Origin: Basidiobolus meristosporus CBS 931.73
Taxonomy: Eukaryota; Fungi; Basidiobolomycota
Direction of reading: 5' to 3'
DNA length: 60,031 nt
NCBI GenBank assembly: GCA_002104905.1
Contig: MCFE01000544.1
Location: 1-60,031 of the forward strand
This document shows, one piece after another, positions 39,596 to 51,317 of the stretch (the first letter of the stretch is position 1; each line of letters starts with the position of its first letter). A program made the translations under genes and the position numbers. The notes below the pieces were generated by a model, which saw nothing but the letters and a program-made list of their open reading frames with translations, did no database searches and was not told where the DNA came from.

Positions 39596-42500
39596 TGTTG
39601 AAATATTGGACTATTTGGTATCATTCAGCAGCTAAAAATTTACTTAACAATTCTAGGCTAGTCTTAGTGACTGTAGGACTCATTTACTAACTTAACTTAA
39701 CTATATGGCCTCAAACAATTGCTGAGAGCCTGGAATTGCAAGATAGATACTTATCTGGATTCTTTGAGCTTCAAAAGGAATAATGCTGCTAAGGTATATA
39801 CCATAAGCCAGATGGAGCAAGTCTAGTTCTGTTAGCTCTATATATGGATTACCTTATTATAACCACCAATACCTAGCAACTTTGGAAGAAACTAAATCCA
39901 GCCTATCCAAGGAGTTCAAGATGTCCTATCTAGGAGAATTCAGTTACTACTTAGGGATTAAGTTCTCCATAGACAGAAGTGCCCAGACTATTGCCTAAGC
40001 CAATCCAAGTATACTCAAGATAGACTAAAGAGGTACCAAATGGAAGACTGTAAACTAACAGCTACCCCAATGTGGACAAACCTTTACTTGGTCAAAACTC
40101 AACCAAATCAAGAGAGCTTGGTGCCATCAGAAAGCCCTGACTTTCTTTATCAATATATGGCTGGCAGTCTGATGTATAACATGCTTGGAACACTTATGAA
40201 TATCTCATATTCAGTAGGAGTTGTCAGCCAACATAATCAGAACTATGGATCTGATTGTATTGCAGCAGTTAAGCAGATTTTTAGATACCTAAAAGGAGCC
40301 ACTGATATCTACTTAAGATAGACTTATAAGGATTCAGAAGAGGATCTTGTGCATTACTCTGATGCTGATTGGGGACAAAATTTGGTAAACAGATAATCCA
40401 TCACAGGATACACCTTTCTTTACTATAAAGAAGTAATTTCATGGAATTCAAGAAAGCAACCAACCGTAGCACTTTCTACCACAGAGGCAGAGTAAATAGC
40501 AGCTTGTGAAGCTACAAAGGAAGCAATATGGTTAAGAAAGCTGTTTGCAGATTTAGGCCTATGTCAGAAAATGCCTATTGATTTACATCATGATAATCCA
40601 GGATGTAGACAATAAGGTAGAAATTCAACTTTTCATGCTGGAACTAAGCACATATATATTAAACATCATCTCATATGTGAAGCTATAGAGAATAACTTAG
40701 TTAGCTTAGTTTACTGTTCTTCAGATGATATGATTGCAGACATGTATACCAAACCATTAGCTAGAGACAAGTTTGAATGTCTTAGTTTAAAATTAGGACT
40801 AGTCAGTACAAGCATTTAGCTGACTGGGAGTGTTATAAAGATTTGTAATTCAACCTAATTATTCACCTAACTTAGTCACTGTGACTGTTACCTTCCAATC
40901 CTAGGGAATACTGACCAAGTTCCTTGTTGGATTTACTTCAAATATTTTTGCCAACAAACCAGGTACTCAAAATATGAAAATTCTCAAAATTGTCCAAACA
41001 TCCCCAAGCTTTGCACTCATGCTCTTGGGACCTTCCTTAACCTGTTCTATGTGCTTGTAATGCCAAGACCATGTCAAAGTACAAATATTACCTTTACATT
41101 CTATAAATCATCAAGTGAAAACCACATAATCTACTTGTCCTCCCAATTACTTACAATATCTCCAAGACTCTTACAATAATGACTTTACCATCACCCTTAT
41201 TACCAAATATATTTTATGCTCATATCAAAGCATTAATGAGGCAATTATGTGCTGTGGCTGATAGGATGAATGTAATAGCTTGTAGAACTCTGGAAATAGT
41301 CAAGAAACAGGATGAGCAGCTATTATTTGTAGAGCAATCAATATCCCAAGTAGAGAATGCAGCATCTTTCATGTAATGCTTTTACCAAAGCCCAAAAATC
41401 AAAAGACATGGAAGATCTGTGAAGCCATTGAGTGCAATGACAATGAGTGGGCTAATATTCAAGAGGCTGTAAGAGGTCTAGTATGGCATCACCATGAGGT
41501 CAGAATTCCATGAGACCATCAGGAACTCAAGGCCAAGCAGCATATGCTTCACATGCTTCATGAGCATTATTTTGGATTCAGGCAAGCAAATGGATTTTTT
41601 GCCAGCATTGGTATGCTACAAAAGTATCAAGAATAGCAGAAACTATCAAAGGCACAAGTACAAGCATGCCATGGCTAAAAGCCAGCAGCTTACTCCAGAG
41701 CCTCTTGCAAGCAGGGCTGAAAGCTCTAAGCAAGCAGCAAAGATATGTCATGTAGCTAGAAGAGTGCCAGTAATGAACATAGAGGCAGGAAAAGCTGCAG
41801 CAGTGCAATTATAATCCACAGGAAAATGTAGTTTAATACAAAAATCATTCACCCAGTGCAGAAGTGAAGGACCTGATGGTGCTAAAAACCTGCAGCTTTC
41901 TCAGGACCCAGGCACAACCAGGGCTGGATATTCCAAACAGGTGGCAAGGAAATGCCATGTTACTAGGAGAGTGCTGCAAAGGGACAAGCAGGCAAATATG
42001 GATGCACCAGTGGAGCATTGATCAAGAAGAATACAAAGGATAAAACTAGAAGCACTTGGTCACAATAGCAGTGAAGGACTTGACAGCAATAAAGACCTGT
42101 GGCTTTCCCAGGTGCCCATCACAAGCAGTGCTGATAGTTCCAAGCATGCAGTATAAAAAAGTCAGGTTGCCAGGAGAGTGCTGGCAAGGGACAAGCAGGC
42201 AAAGTGGATGCACCAGTCCAGCTTATATCAAGGAGAAAATAGAGTCAATACAAGAAGCCCACAGTCAAAGTTGCAGTGAAAGACCTGGCAGTAATAGAGG
42301 TAAAGGTACAAGAAAAAGCTGTACCCAAGCCAGACAGAGGGAAGCATGAGAACAATGCTGTAGTTCTTACCAATTAACTCTGTAAGCCCAGAACAAGCTG
42401 AAATCCATTATAGCCAAGAACATATACCAACAAGACAAAGCTGACTTCTCAAGAGTAGTTAGAACAGCCCACTGAGAAAAAAATTGAGAAAAGGCCAGCA

Positions 42501-43644
42501 GAATACCTTCATAATCTCAGCTGAATTTCATGTTTCTCAAAAATGACAAGTCTCAATATCCCTGGTACTGGCAGTTAGGCACAATAGCATATGCATTGTC
42601 CTGGAAGAGACCAGTCCAACTTGCAACAAGATCAAACTTGGTAATCAGATGATTACCACCTATGTCCAAAGTTACAGCTAAATTTGAAGAAAAAGCACCA
42701 GCTAAATACCAGCAAAATACCATTTGAATGCCATGAGAATACCAACTGAAATCCAATGCATTCCAAGTTTCAGATTTCTCATAGGGGCCAGTAGAGCTAC
42801 ACCCCAGTAAGGTAGGTGAGTTTGCAGAGAAAATCAACTTGTCAACTGCTGCCTCCATTCTCTCCATTCTAGACAGAGTAGAGATCCCACTGATAGCCAA
42901 AGCAATAATGTCACAAACTCCAAAGACTATCACAATGCCTACAGTGGAATCTTAGAAGATCAATAGGCATACCAAGAGGTTGCAGGACTTCTTCAAGAGC
43001 AGCACTCAAGAGAACACACTTGAATAGAGCAAGGATTCATTGCAAAGACTAGCAGGAGAGGTGCTGGACCTTGCAGTGTGGGCTGATGACTATGACATAT
43101 GGGAACCAGCAAATGACCAGTGGCATGAAGCAACAGGGTTCCTGCCAAAGTTATGGGAAAGGGTGGTACAGCAGGGATACTTATTAATTGGAGAATCTTA
43201 ACAGAGTTACTTCTTGAGTGTATTGTTATGCTTAATGTTGGTGTTAGGTATTGGAACTTATATTAGTCAATATAGCTAGCAATTACGGAACAAATGGAGT
43301 TTTAATGCAAGGAAATCAGTTTGTATGCATGAAAGTAAGAGAATTGGTTGTGTTAGGAAGTAAGAAGTGTGAAAAAGAGGCAACAACTAATCAATGAACA
43401 CAAATGTAGGAGGCAATTCAGTGCCTGGGAGCAGAAAGCAAGAGAAATGGCAGAAAATCAATCAGAAGTTACTTATGCATAGTTGCAATGAAAAGCTTAG
43501 ACTAGGCTTTTTGTGAACTCTGCAGTGCAATTGTTTTTCAATGGTCATTGCATGGTATCCTGATGGGTTCAATGCCTCTTAGTCACAAGACTTTAATTTT
43601 GTAACAGTCATTTGAAGGGACCCTCATAAACATTTCTCATGAGG

Positions 43645-44704
43645 TCAATCCTATCATGGATGTGATGAGTTGGCACATGGAGGAGAGCAAAGGAGAGTTG
43701 GAAAATACAGAAGACAGATGTGCATAATCAGACATCTATGCCTTTGTCATTAAGAAGATAAACAACCCTAATGTGTGGGTAATCAGTCAAATAAAGCAAT
43801 GTTGGGCTGGATACAGCAAGCAGTTAATTTTTGTTAGAACAATTTTACCAAAGAATGCTGGATTTTTCCTGGCTACAAGCCAGTTTTGCATCAATCAACA
43901 CAGATTCACACAAAGAGCTACTGGAGTATGCCTAAATGAGGGCTAGAATCTGGTAAGGAAAATGAATATATTGACCAAGTACCAACAGTAGTTTGCAGAT
44001 TTGAAGAGGTATTTGTGAAAGAAGTGGTAGCAGCTAAACATATGTTTGCAAGATGTACATGTTACCAGCAATACAAGGTATATGGCCACTTTGCAAGTAT
44101 CATGCTGGAAAGCCATAAAGTTGATATGGTAGAAGTGTATCAACTGCAGTACATATGTGTGTATATATTGGCCAGTAAGCAGAAGCCCATAGTTTTTTAT
44201 GCTTTGAACCATATGTGGAATACCCACACTGTAGTGGTAGGCAAATAAAGTGGGGTGTTTCTATAATGAGTTATATGAATGGTGCAAGGGAAGGTTGCAG
44301 AAGTATATAGCACTTGGTAAATTAGTATTTTAGCATTATACAGCACTAGCTTGAGGCTGCTGTACTGCTGCTACAATGCCAACAGATGTCCACATTATGG
44401 CAGTCCAAATACCATGATGTTTTTTCACATATATTGCATTTGTATGTACTGGTCATTTGGATCTGCTCAAATGAGTGAAGGCTGCAATAGGACTGTCAGA
44501 TGTCTTTCAAGCTCTGTCAAAGGGCCACTAAAATACCATCAAGTTTACATTAAAGAATCAGCAAAGCACTGCCACAATCCCATCATAAGGCTGTGAAGAG
44601 GGTCAACATTTCCAGACTGCTAGCATTATAATGGCCTCATTGCAGGTTCTTGCTGGCTACTTGAGATTTGAGCCACTTGCAGGGTCAAATTATTTTTCCC
44701 TGGG
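43645..44704 (+). mobile_element. CMC transposase C-terminal region plus decayed terminus
   Basis: Aligns with 16030-16716 and with the reverse complement of 51318-52341. Ends AAATTATTTTTCCCTGGG. Confidence 0.72.
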
Positions 44705-44879
44705 ATTGAAGCACTGCAGTTCATGATTGATATATGAGCTAGCCTCACATGGGAGTGCTTCTCAGGATCTTTGTGTAGGCTGCCCATCAACAGTAACAAG
44801 CAGTCAGGAGGTCTTCATATGTGGGGAATTAGCCAACCACAGCAAGTCTGAGATGGAAGATATTGGAAAATTAGGTAGT

Positions 44880-45135
44880 GTTCTCAGGATTGATGTCAGT
44901 CTTACAGTTCTATGCAGATCAATGTGCTGGGTCAATGTCAAAACATCTTGGACATTATTGGCTGCTTTAAAATGAAAAGCAGCAAGCCTGTGGCAACTCC
45001 AATTGAGACTAACATAGAAATGAGTAAACATTGGCCAATTATGAGACAAAACTCTTCACATTTCAGTCACAGCTTTCTCTATCAATCAATGGTTGGTAGC
45101 CTGATGTGGATGATGGATTCTACAGGTAATATTAT
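44880..45135 (+). pseudogene. Copia RT fragment
   Basis: FKMKSSKPVATPIETN...YQSMVGSLM. Confidence 0.7.
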
Positions 45136-45139
45136 TGCC

Positions 45140-46780
45140 AAAGCAGTAGGTCAAGATGCTTGATTCAAGGAGATTTGTGGATCCATCAGGTTACATATTT
45201 GATGACATAAAACAGAGCAAGCACCCTATACCTGAGCATTCACTACCAACAGTCCGATGATGTGCAAGTCATTTGTTGCTTGCATGCAGACTTCTTTCAG
45301 CCACTTGAGTATTGACCCTCTCTTTACTTTTGTATCCATAGGCTTCACAGATTTTCATATCTTGATATATTTTCTGTGAGCAATATGTTACAGTCACTCC
45401 ATCCCCAGATGTGATATACTTTTCAGTGGCTGGTATCTATAAGTATTGTGCTTAGGATTGAGAGACTCCAATGTTTGCTCTAGTATAACATTGGGGAATA
45501 GCTTAAGTCTGGTATAAGCTGTTGAGCTACTGGGAGGCCTATACTGCTGCAAAGCTAATAGACCTGTTCCATTAGATAGTGCCATATCAAGCTTTGAGTG
45601 CCAATTGATACCATAGTGTGCCAGGGAGGCCAAGTGACCCTATACTTGCCCACAGAGTGCAAAATATAGTCCTTCATCTTCATGCAAAGCAGCCCCTGTG
45701 TTTCACCTATTGTGCTGGAGAAAATCCAATTCTTAACCTACTTTTTGGGATCAGTAATGTGCAGGATGTGTAAGAAAAGATAAGGACCAAAGATATCTAT
45801 CTGGTACTCAATACCTATTGCACTCTAAATCTAGTTCCTGCAGCTTGTCACATGTCATAAAAAGGTATAGCACCATCTTGGTCCACTGGTACTATCTGTC
45901 ACTATATTTAAACAATAGCCCTAAAGTAAAACCTATACAAAGCACTTGTAGTGCCAGATAGTACCGGTGGACCAAGATAATGCTATACCTTTTTGTGATA
46001 GGTTACAAGCTGCAGGAGCTAGATTTAGAGTGCCATAGGTATTGGGTATCAGATAGACATCTTCAGTCCTTCTGTGCTCTTACACATCCTGCACATCATT
46101 GATCCCCAAAAAAAGGTCAAAAAATGGATTTTCTCCAGCACAATGAGTGAAGCATGGGGGCTGCCTTGCTTGAAGATGAAGAACTATGTTTCACACTCTG
46201 CGGCCAAATTTAGATCCACTATTCCTCTATGGCACACAATAGCATTATTTGGCACTCATGGCTCAGTGTAGCACTATCCAACAAAACAAGTCTAATGTAT
46301 TCTCCACCTGGGATATTTGATTACCCTACATGCATCATTCATTTATCCAGCCTCTAAACTGTGCTCTTATTACTTGAAGCCACTTTATAAATCCTCTTGG
46401 CTACTTAGCTTGTTTAGCTCTATAATTCTGCAGTATAAGCTGACAATCAATCTGCATATACTGGCAGTGGTGTTGTACTAATGGTCATTTGCTGGTCTTC
46501 TACCAGAGGGACTGCAATTGCAACATTGTTGTATGGCTTTGCAGTATGCTCAGCTTATAGCTCTACAGATACTTTCAACTGCCTACTTGACTGAGAACCT
46601 GAATTGGATAGGGTGGTGGCAGATTGCCACTATTATCAGTAAGCAGGGTTTTGAAACTCACTGCTAATTCTTGTCATATTGCTCTGTGATGCAGCTTTCT
46701 ATGAACCTGGTGCAAGGGGAAAACTGCTGTGTAGCTGGCTCCATCTGACCCAGAGAGCTTACTGATGCCAGCATATGTTG
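45140..46780 (-). pseudogene. Third CMC ORF2 copy (N-terminal half), split by a MITE
   Basis: The reverse complement of 46400-46620 aligns with 3415-3470 joined to 4550-4660. 45330-45370 encodes MKICEAY, homologous to WKICEAI at 41410. Confidence 0.65.
45560..46293. mobile_element. Foldback MITE copy 2 (734 bp), TSD AAT
   Basis: Termini AGACCTG...CAAGTCT, AAT on both flanks, colinear with 7826-8558. Confidence 0.92.
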
Positions 46781-46899
46781 CATTATACTTTGGAGTATTG
46801 GAAGTGATGTGGAGAGCTAGATAATTTCATGTTATTCACTGTTAAATTTAATGATCAAGAGTATTGTATTCATACTTTTGATAGAGTGGAGCAAGCAAA

Positions 46900-47045
46900 T
46901 GTGTAAAGTTTGCTAAGGAAAGTCTCAATATTATTTGTGCACAGTTTGGTATCTTTTGGACAACTTTGAGAAAGATCATCATAAAGGTACCTTTTAATTT
47001 GGTGAAAATATTTCCGGTATATACCAACAATAAATCTGATCAGCA
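46900..47045 (-). repeat. Diverged LTR-E-like fragment
   Basis: TTTGGACAACTTTGAG...GGTGAAAATATT resembles the reverse complement of the LTR-E middle. Confidence 0.5.
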
Positions 47046-47329
47046 CAGAAGTCTAATCACACAATGAGATCTATACAACTAGGTTAGCATGAATATCTTG
47101 GAGACAACTTAGTCATTACAACAATGTATGCTTTTAGTTGCATAAGACTCACATCAGAAAATGCTACCATTGGAAGATACCCAACTTGTCAGCAATCCAC
47201 CTTGTTAGGAGCAAAACAATCTGGCTATGTTCCAGTATACCCTATCTAAAGAGGCTCAATAAGCAGATATGAGAAGTCTATCTTCTGTTGTTTCAGCATT
47301 TACATATTCAGGTTTCTTTTGCTGATTAT

Positions 47330-50300
47330 CACACTTTCTGAAGCACTGGTCTGATTCATGTCCTTTCATTTTGTAATAGTTGCAAAACAGATTGCTGTTG
47401 CTTGAAAGGATCTTGAGTACCTCCTTTTTTAGTCATTATTACGTATTAAAGCATTTTCTTCTTCCTTCTTATTCATGCTAGATTTTCTTAATTCTTCATC
47501 CAGTTGCCTTCCATATATAATTTAAGGTTAAATCTTCAGTTCTGGACTCTAGGACTGATACAGGGCCCTGAAACTCATCTGCTGAGCTATTCAGGATGGT
47601 AACTATCACATCCACATTAGTGTTGGTATGCCCACAGATTCCATCTCATCCACCAGCAGGGTAATTATATTAATTTAATTTTTAATTTCTTCTCCTGGCA
47701 GCATCTTTATAGCAGAGAATATTTGTCTAAGATACATCTTCTTAGCAGCTGAACATGACTGGTATATGACTCATGATGCCTTCCAGGTGCTCTTTGCAAT
47801 TTTTGCTCTTGAGCACTGAATTAGCAGTTTGTCATTGACATTGAGGCAAATGCAGTTAATAGCACTTTGTTCTTTCTTCTGGTACTTCAAGGATACCTCT
47901 CCCATATTTTCAGGAGGGCATTCTTCTCCCATGACAATATCCCAAAGGCCTCTTTTGTGTAGCAGCATTTTCATCTTGGCCTTCTGCACTTGGTAGTCAG
48001 ATCCCTGCAACTTCTCAGCAGAGGAAAAACTTTCAGTAAGAGAAGTAGTAGACATTGCAGAGAGTGGCAGCTTGGGGCTCATAGCCTGTTATAAGAGTCT
48101 TGGAGATATTGGAGGTGATTAGGAGTACAAGTAGATTATGTGGTTTCATTTATTGATTTATTGAATGTAAAAGTAGTATTTATACTTTTACTTGGTCTTA
48201 GCATAACAAGCACATAGAATAGGTTAAGCAAGTTTCCAAGAGCATGAGTGCAATATTGGGGCTGTTTGGACAACTTATCTAATTTTCATGTTCTGGGTAC
48301 TTGGTATTTTGGTGAAAGTATTCAAAGTGAGTCCCAACAAGGAACTAGGTCAGCATTCTCTAGGATTTGAAGGTAACAATCTAAGTGACTAAGTTAGGTG
48401 AATATTTAGATGGAATTTCAATTTTTTCCAACACTCCCACTCAGCAAAATATTTGTACTGGCTAGTCCTAATTTTGACCTAAGATATTCAAACATGTCTC
48501 TAGCTAATGGTTTGGTAAATATATCTGCAATCATTTGATTTGAAGGTCAGTAAGCTAAGCTAACTAAGTTGTTCTCTATAGCTTCACATATGAAATGATG
48601 TCTACAATCTTTGTGCTTAGTCCTAGCATGAAAAGTTGGATTTCTACCTAATTGGATACATCCTTAAGTATCTTGAAATAAAGTAATAGGCATTTTTTGT
48701 CATAGAATTAAGTCTGTAAAAAGCCTTCTTAACCATATTGCTTCTTATGTAGCTTCACAGGCTGCCATACACTCTAACTCTGTGGGAGAAAGTGTTACAG
48801 TTGGTTGCTTTCTGGAATTCAATGAAATTCCTCCTTTACAGTAAAGAGAGGTGCATCATGTGGTGGATCTTCTGTCTTCAAAATTTTTTCCTCAATCATC
48901 ATCAGAGTATTCCACAAGATCCTGTTCTGAATCCTTATAAGTATATCTAAGCAGATATTAGTAGTTCCTTTTTGATATTTAAAAATCTGCTTAACTGCTG
49001 CAATATGATCAGATCCTCAGTTTGGATTATGCTGGCTGACAACTCCCACTGAATATGAGATATCTGGACGTGTTCCAAGCCTGGTTTAAATCAGACTGCC
49101 AGCCATAGATTGATAAGGAAAGACAGCCTTTCAGATGGCACCAAGCTCTCTTGATTTGGTTGAGTTTTGACCAAGTTAAGCTCTGTCCCCATTGGGGTAG
49201 CTGCCAGTTTACAGTCTTCCATTTGGTACTTCTTTAGTCTATCTTGAATATACCTGGATAGGCCTAGGGTGATAGTCTGGGTACTTTTATCTAAGGGGAA
49301 CTTAATCCCTAAGTAGTAACCAAGTTCTCCTAGATCTGACATCATGAACTCCATAGATAGGCTGGATTTAGTCACTTCCAATATTGCTAGGTTATTGGTG
49401 GCTATAATAAGATCATCCACATATAGAGCTAATAGAGCTGTATTTGCTCTATCTGGCTTATAGCATGTATTATGGTCAGTGTTACTCCTTTTGAACCTCA
49501 AGGACTCCAAATAAGAATCTATCTAGCAATTCCAGGCTCTTGGTGATTGTTCAAGACTATATAGAGATTTTTTAAGCTTTCAGACCAAATGGGGGTTATC
49601 TTGGCCAACAAAGCCATCAGGCTGGTTCATATACACATCCTCATCAAGTTATTCACTCAAAAATACAGCTTTTACATCCATTTTATGTATAAAAACATAT
49701 ATTTGGCTGCAATAGACAATATCAATCTGATGGAGTCAAAGTTGGCTACCAGTGCAAAGGTTGCAGTATAGTCAACTCCTTTTGTTTGAGAGTACTCATT
49801 GGCCATAAGTCCTGCTTTGTATTGTTCAAATGAACCATCAGCCTTGTATTTTGTCTCAAAGAGCCAACAGTATCCAATTGATTTTTGGTTGATTGGTAAT
49901 TTGACTAAGTCCTAAGTTTGTTCTTCCATCAGGGTCTGATATTCCTCAGTCATTGCAGATCTCCAAAGCTTTGTCTGTGGGCTATATAGGGCCTCTTTTA
50001 TGGTCTGGGGCTCAGCAATATAGACTGAGTAGGCATAGGCTAAGTTTGTACCCTCATTGGTATAGTAATTTGGGCTATTTCTGGTCCGGTTGAATCTCCT
50101 GGCAATTGATACTGGAATGATTACTTTGGGGTATTCTTGGGCACTGATTCTGGCTGAACCATGGTTGTAGAGTCCTCTGGAGTGAAAGGTTTTCACTATT
50201 TTGCTCTGATGCAATCCTTACTATTGGTGGACTTATGATCAAATTTCTGACATTATCTGATGTCATTTCTTGTAAAATTTTGAATTTTATCAGACAACAC

Positions 50301-51317
50301 ATCCCTGGACTTGATCAGCTTCTTTGCTTTTGTATTGTAGAGTATGTATGCCTTACTGTCGTTGCAGCAGGCCAAAAATATGCATTTTACACTTTTTGGA
50401 TCAAATCATGACTGATTTCCAGGCAGTTTCTTTGCATATGCTATACACTCATACACAACTGTGCCAAAGCATTAGTGTTTCTTCATTTAAGTTACTTTTA
50501 TTGGCTTCCAGATATGATGGAATATAAGTCCACTTGCATAGATTTTGATATCTGATACCCAAAGCAATATGAGCACCACTTTGATCAGTGACCCTACATC
50601 CAGAATTGTCAATGCTGAAACTGAGTCCTTCCATTGTGGCCTTACTTACAAATAGTAGGTTGTTGGCTATTTTTGGTACATAGAGTACTTCTTTAAAAGT
50701 CAGTGTATGGCTTCCTTCACTGCTTCAAAGGTTTACTTGGATAGTTCCTTCTCCCACTGCATCAAGTGTTCCATCATCACCCATGAAAACCTTCTTAATT
50801 GGAATATCTTGGTATTGGGTAAAAAGTTCTGTTTGGTGCGTGAAATGTTGAGATGCTCCAGCATCAATATACCATGTCTGAGAATCCTTGTTTGTGGTCA
50901 AATTTAGTGCAGATACAAACAGTCTATCTTCAGTTGTTGCAGCATTTCCACATGCATGCTTCTTTTGCTGATTATCTCTCTTTTTGAGACACCAGTTGGA
51001 TGTGTGTCCTTTCCTTTTGCGGTAGTTGCAAAACAGGTTGTTGTTGCCTTTGTAGGGTCTTGGGTACCTTCTTTGTTGGTTATCATTGCTTATTAAAGCA
51101 TTTTTTCTTCCTTCTTATTGGTGCTTGATTTTCTTAATTCTTCATCTAGGAGCCTTCCATATAGGTAATTTAAGGTCAAATCTTCAGTTCTGGACTCTAG
51201 AGCTGATACAAGGCCCTGAAACTTGCCTAGCAGGTTATTCAGGATGGTAACTATCACATCCTCATCAGTAGTTGGTATGCCCACAGATTCCATTTCATCT
51301 ACTAGTAGAGTAATTCT
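47330..51317 (-). mobile_element. Two tandem degenerate copia E internal regions sharing one LTR (48087-48433)
   Basis: Right of the LTR: PPT, RH, RT, PR and gag, with the integrase core deleted near 50460. Left of the LTR: PBS GGCTATGAGCCC and gag. Confidence 0.85.

Larger units (their letters stand above)
35279..39702 (+). mobile_element. Nearly intact Ty1/copia family D; 3' LTR truncated
   Basis: 5' LTR 35279-35647, PBS GGTTATGAGCCCTG at 35648, PPT GAGGGGGAG. The 3' LTR starts at 39596 and breaks off after ~100 bp. Confidence 0.95.
33032..41178 (+). mobile_element. Full-length degenerate copia E with nested copia D; probable TSD ATAAC/ATGAC
   Basis: LTRs at 33032-33378 and 40831-41178, PBS GGCTATGAGCCC. 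Gag/PR/IN remnants run to 35278 and RT/RH resume from ~39705. Confidence 0.85.
32416..43644 (+). mobile_element. CMC element ORF2 half (32416-33031 plus 41179-43644) split by a full-length copia E
   Basis: MPPRNKAK at 32750 resumes at 41179 (MTLPSPLL, homologous to MTTSPPPIL at 4610). Ends with a decayed terminus ...TTCTCATGAGG at 43644. Confidence 0.75.
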
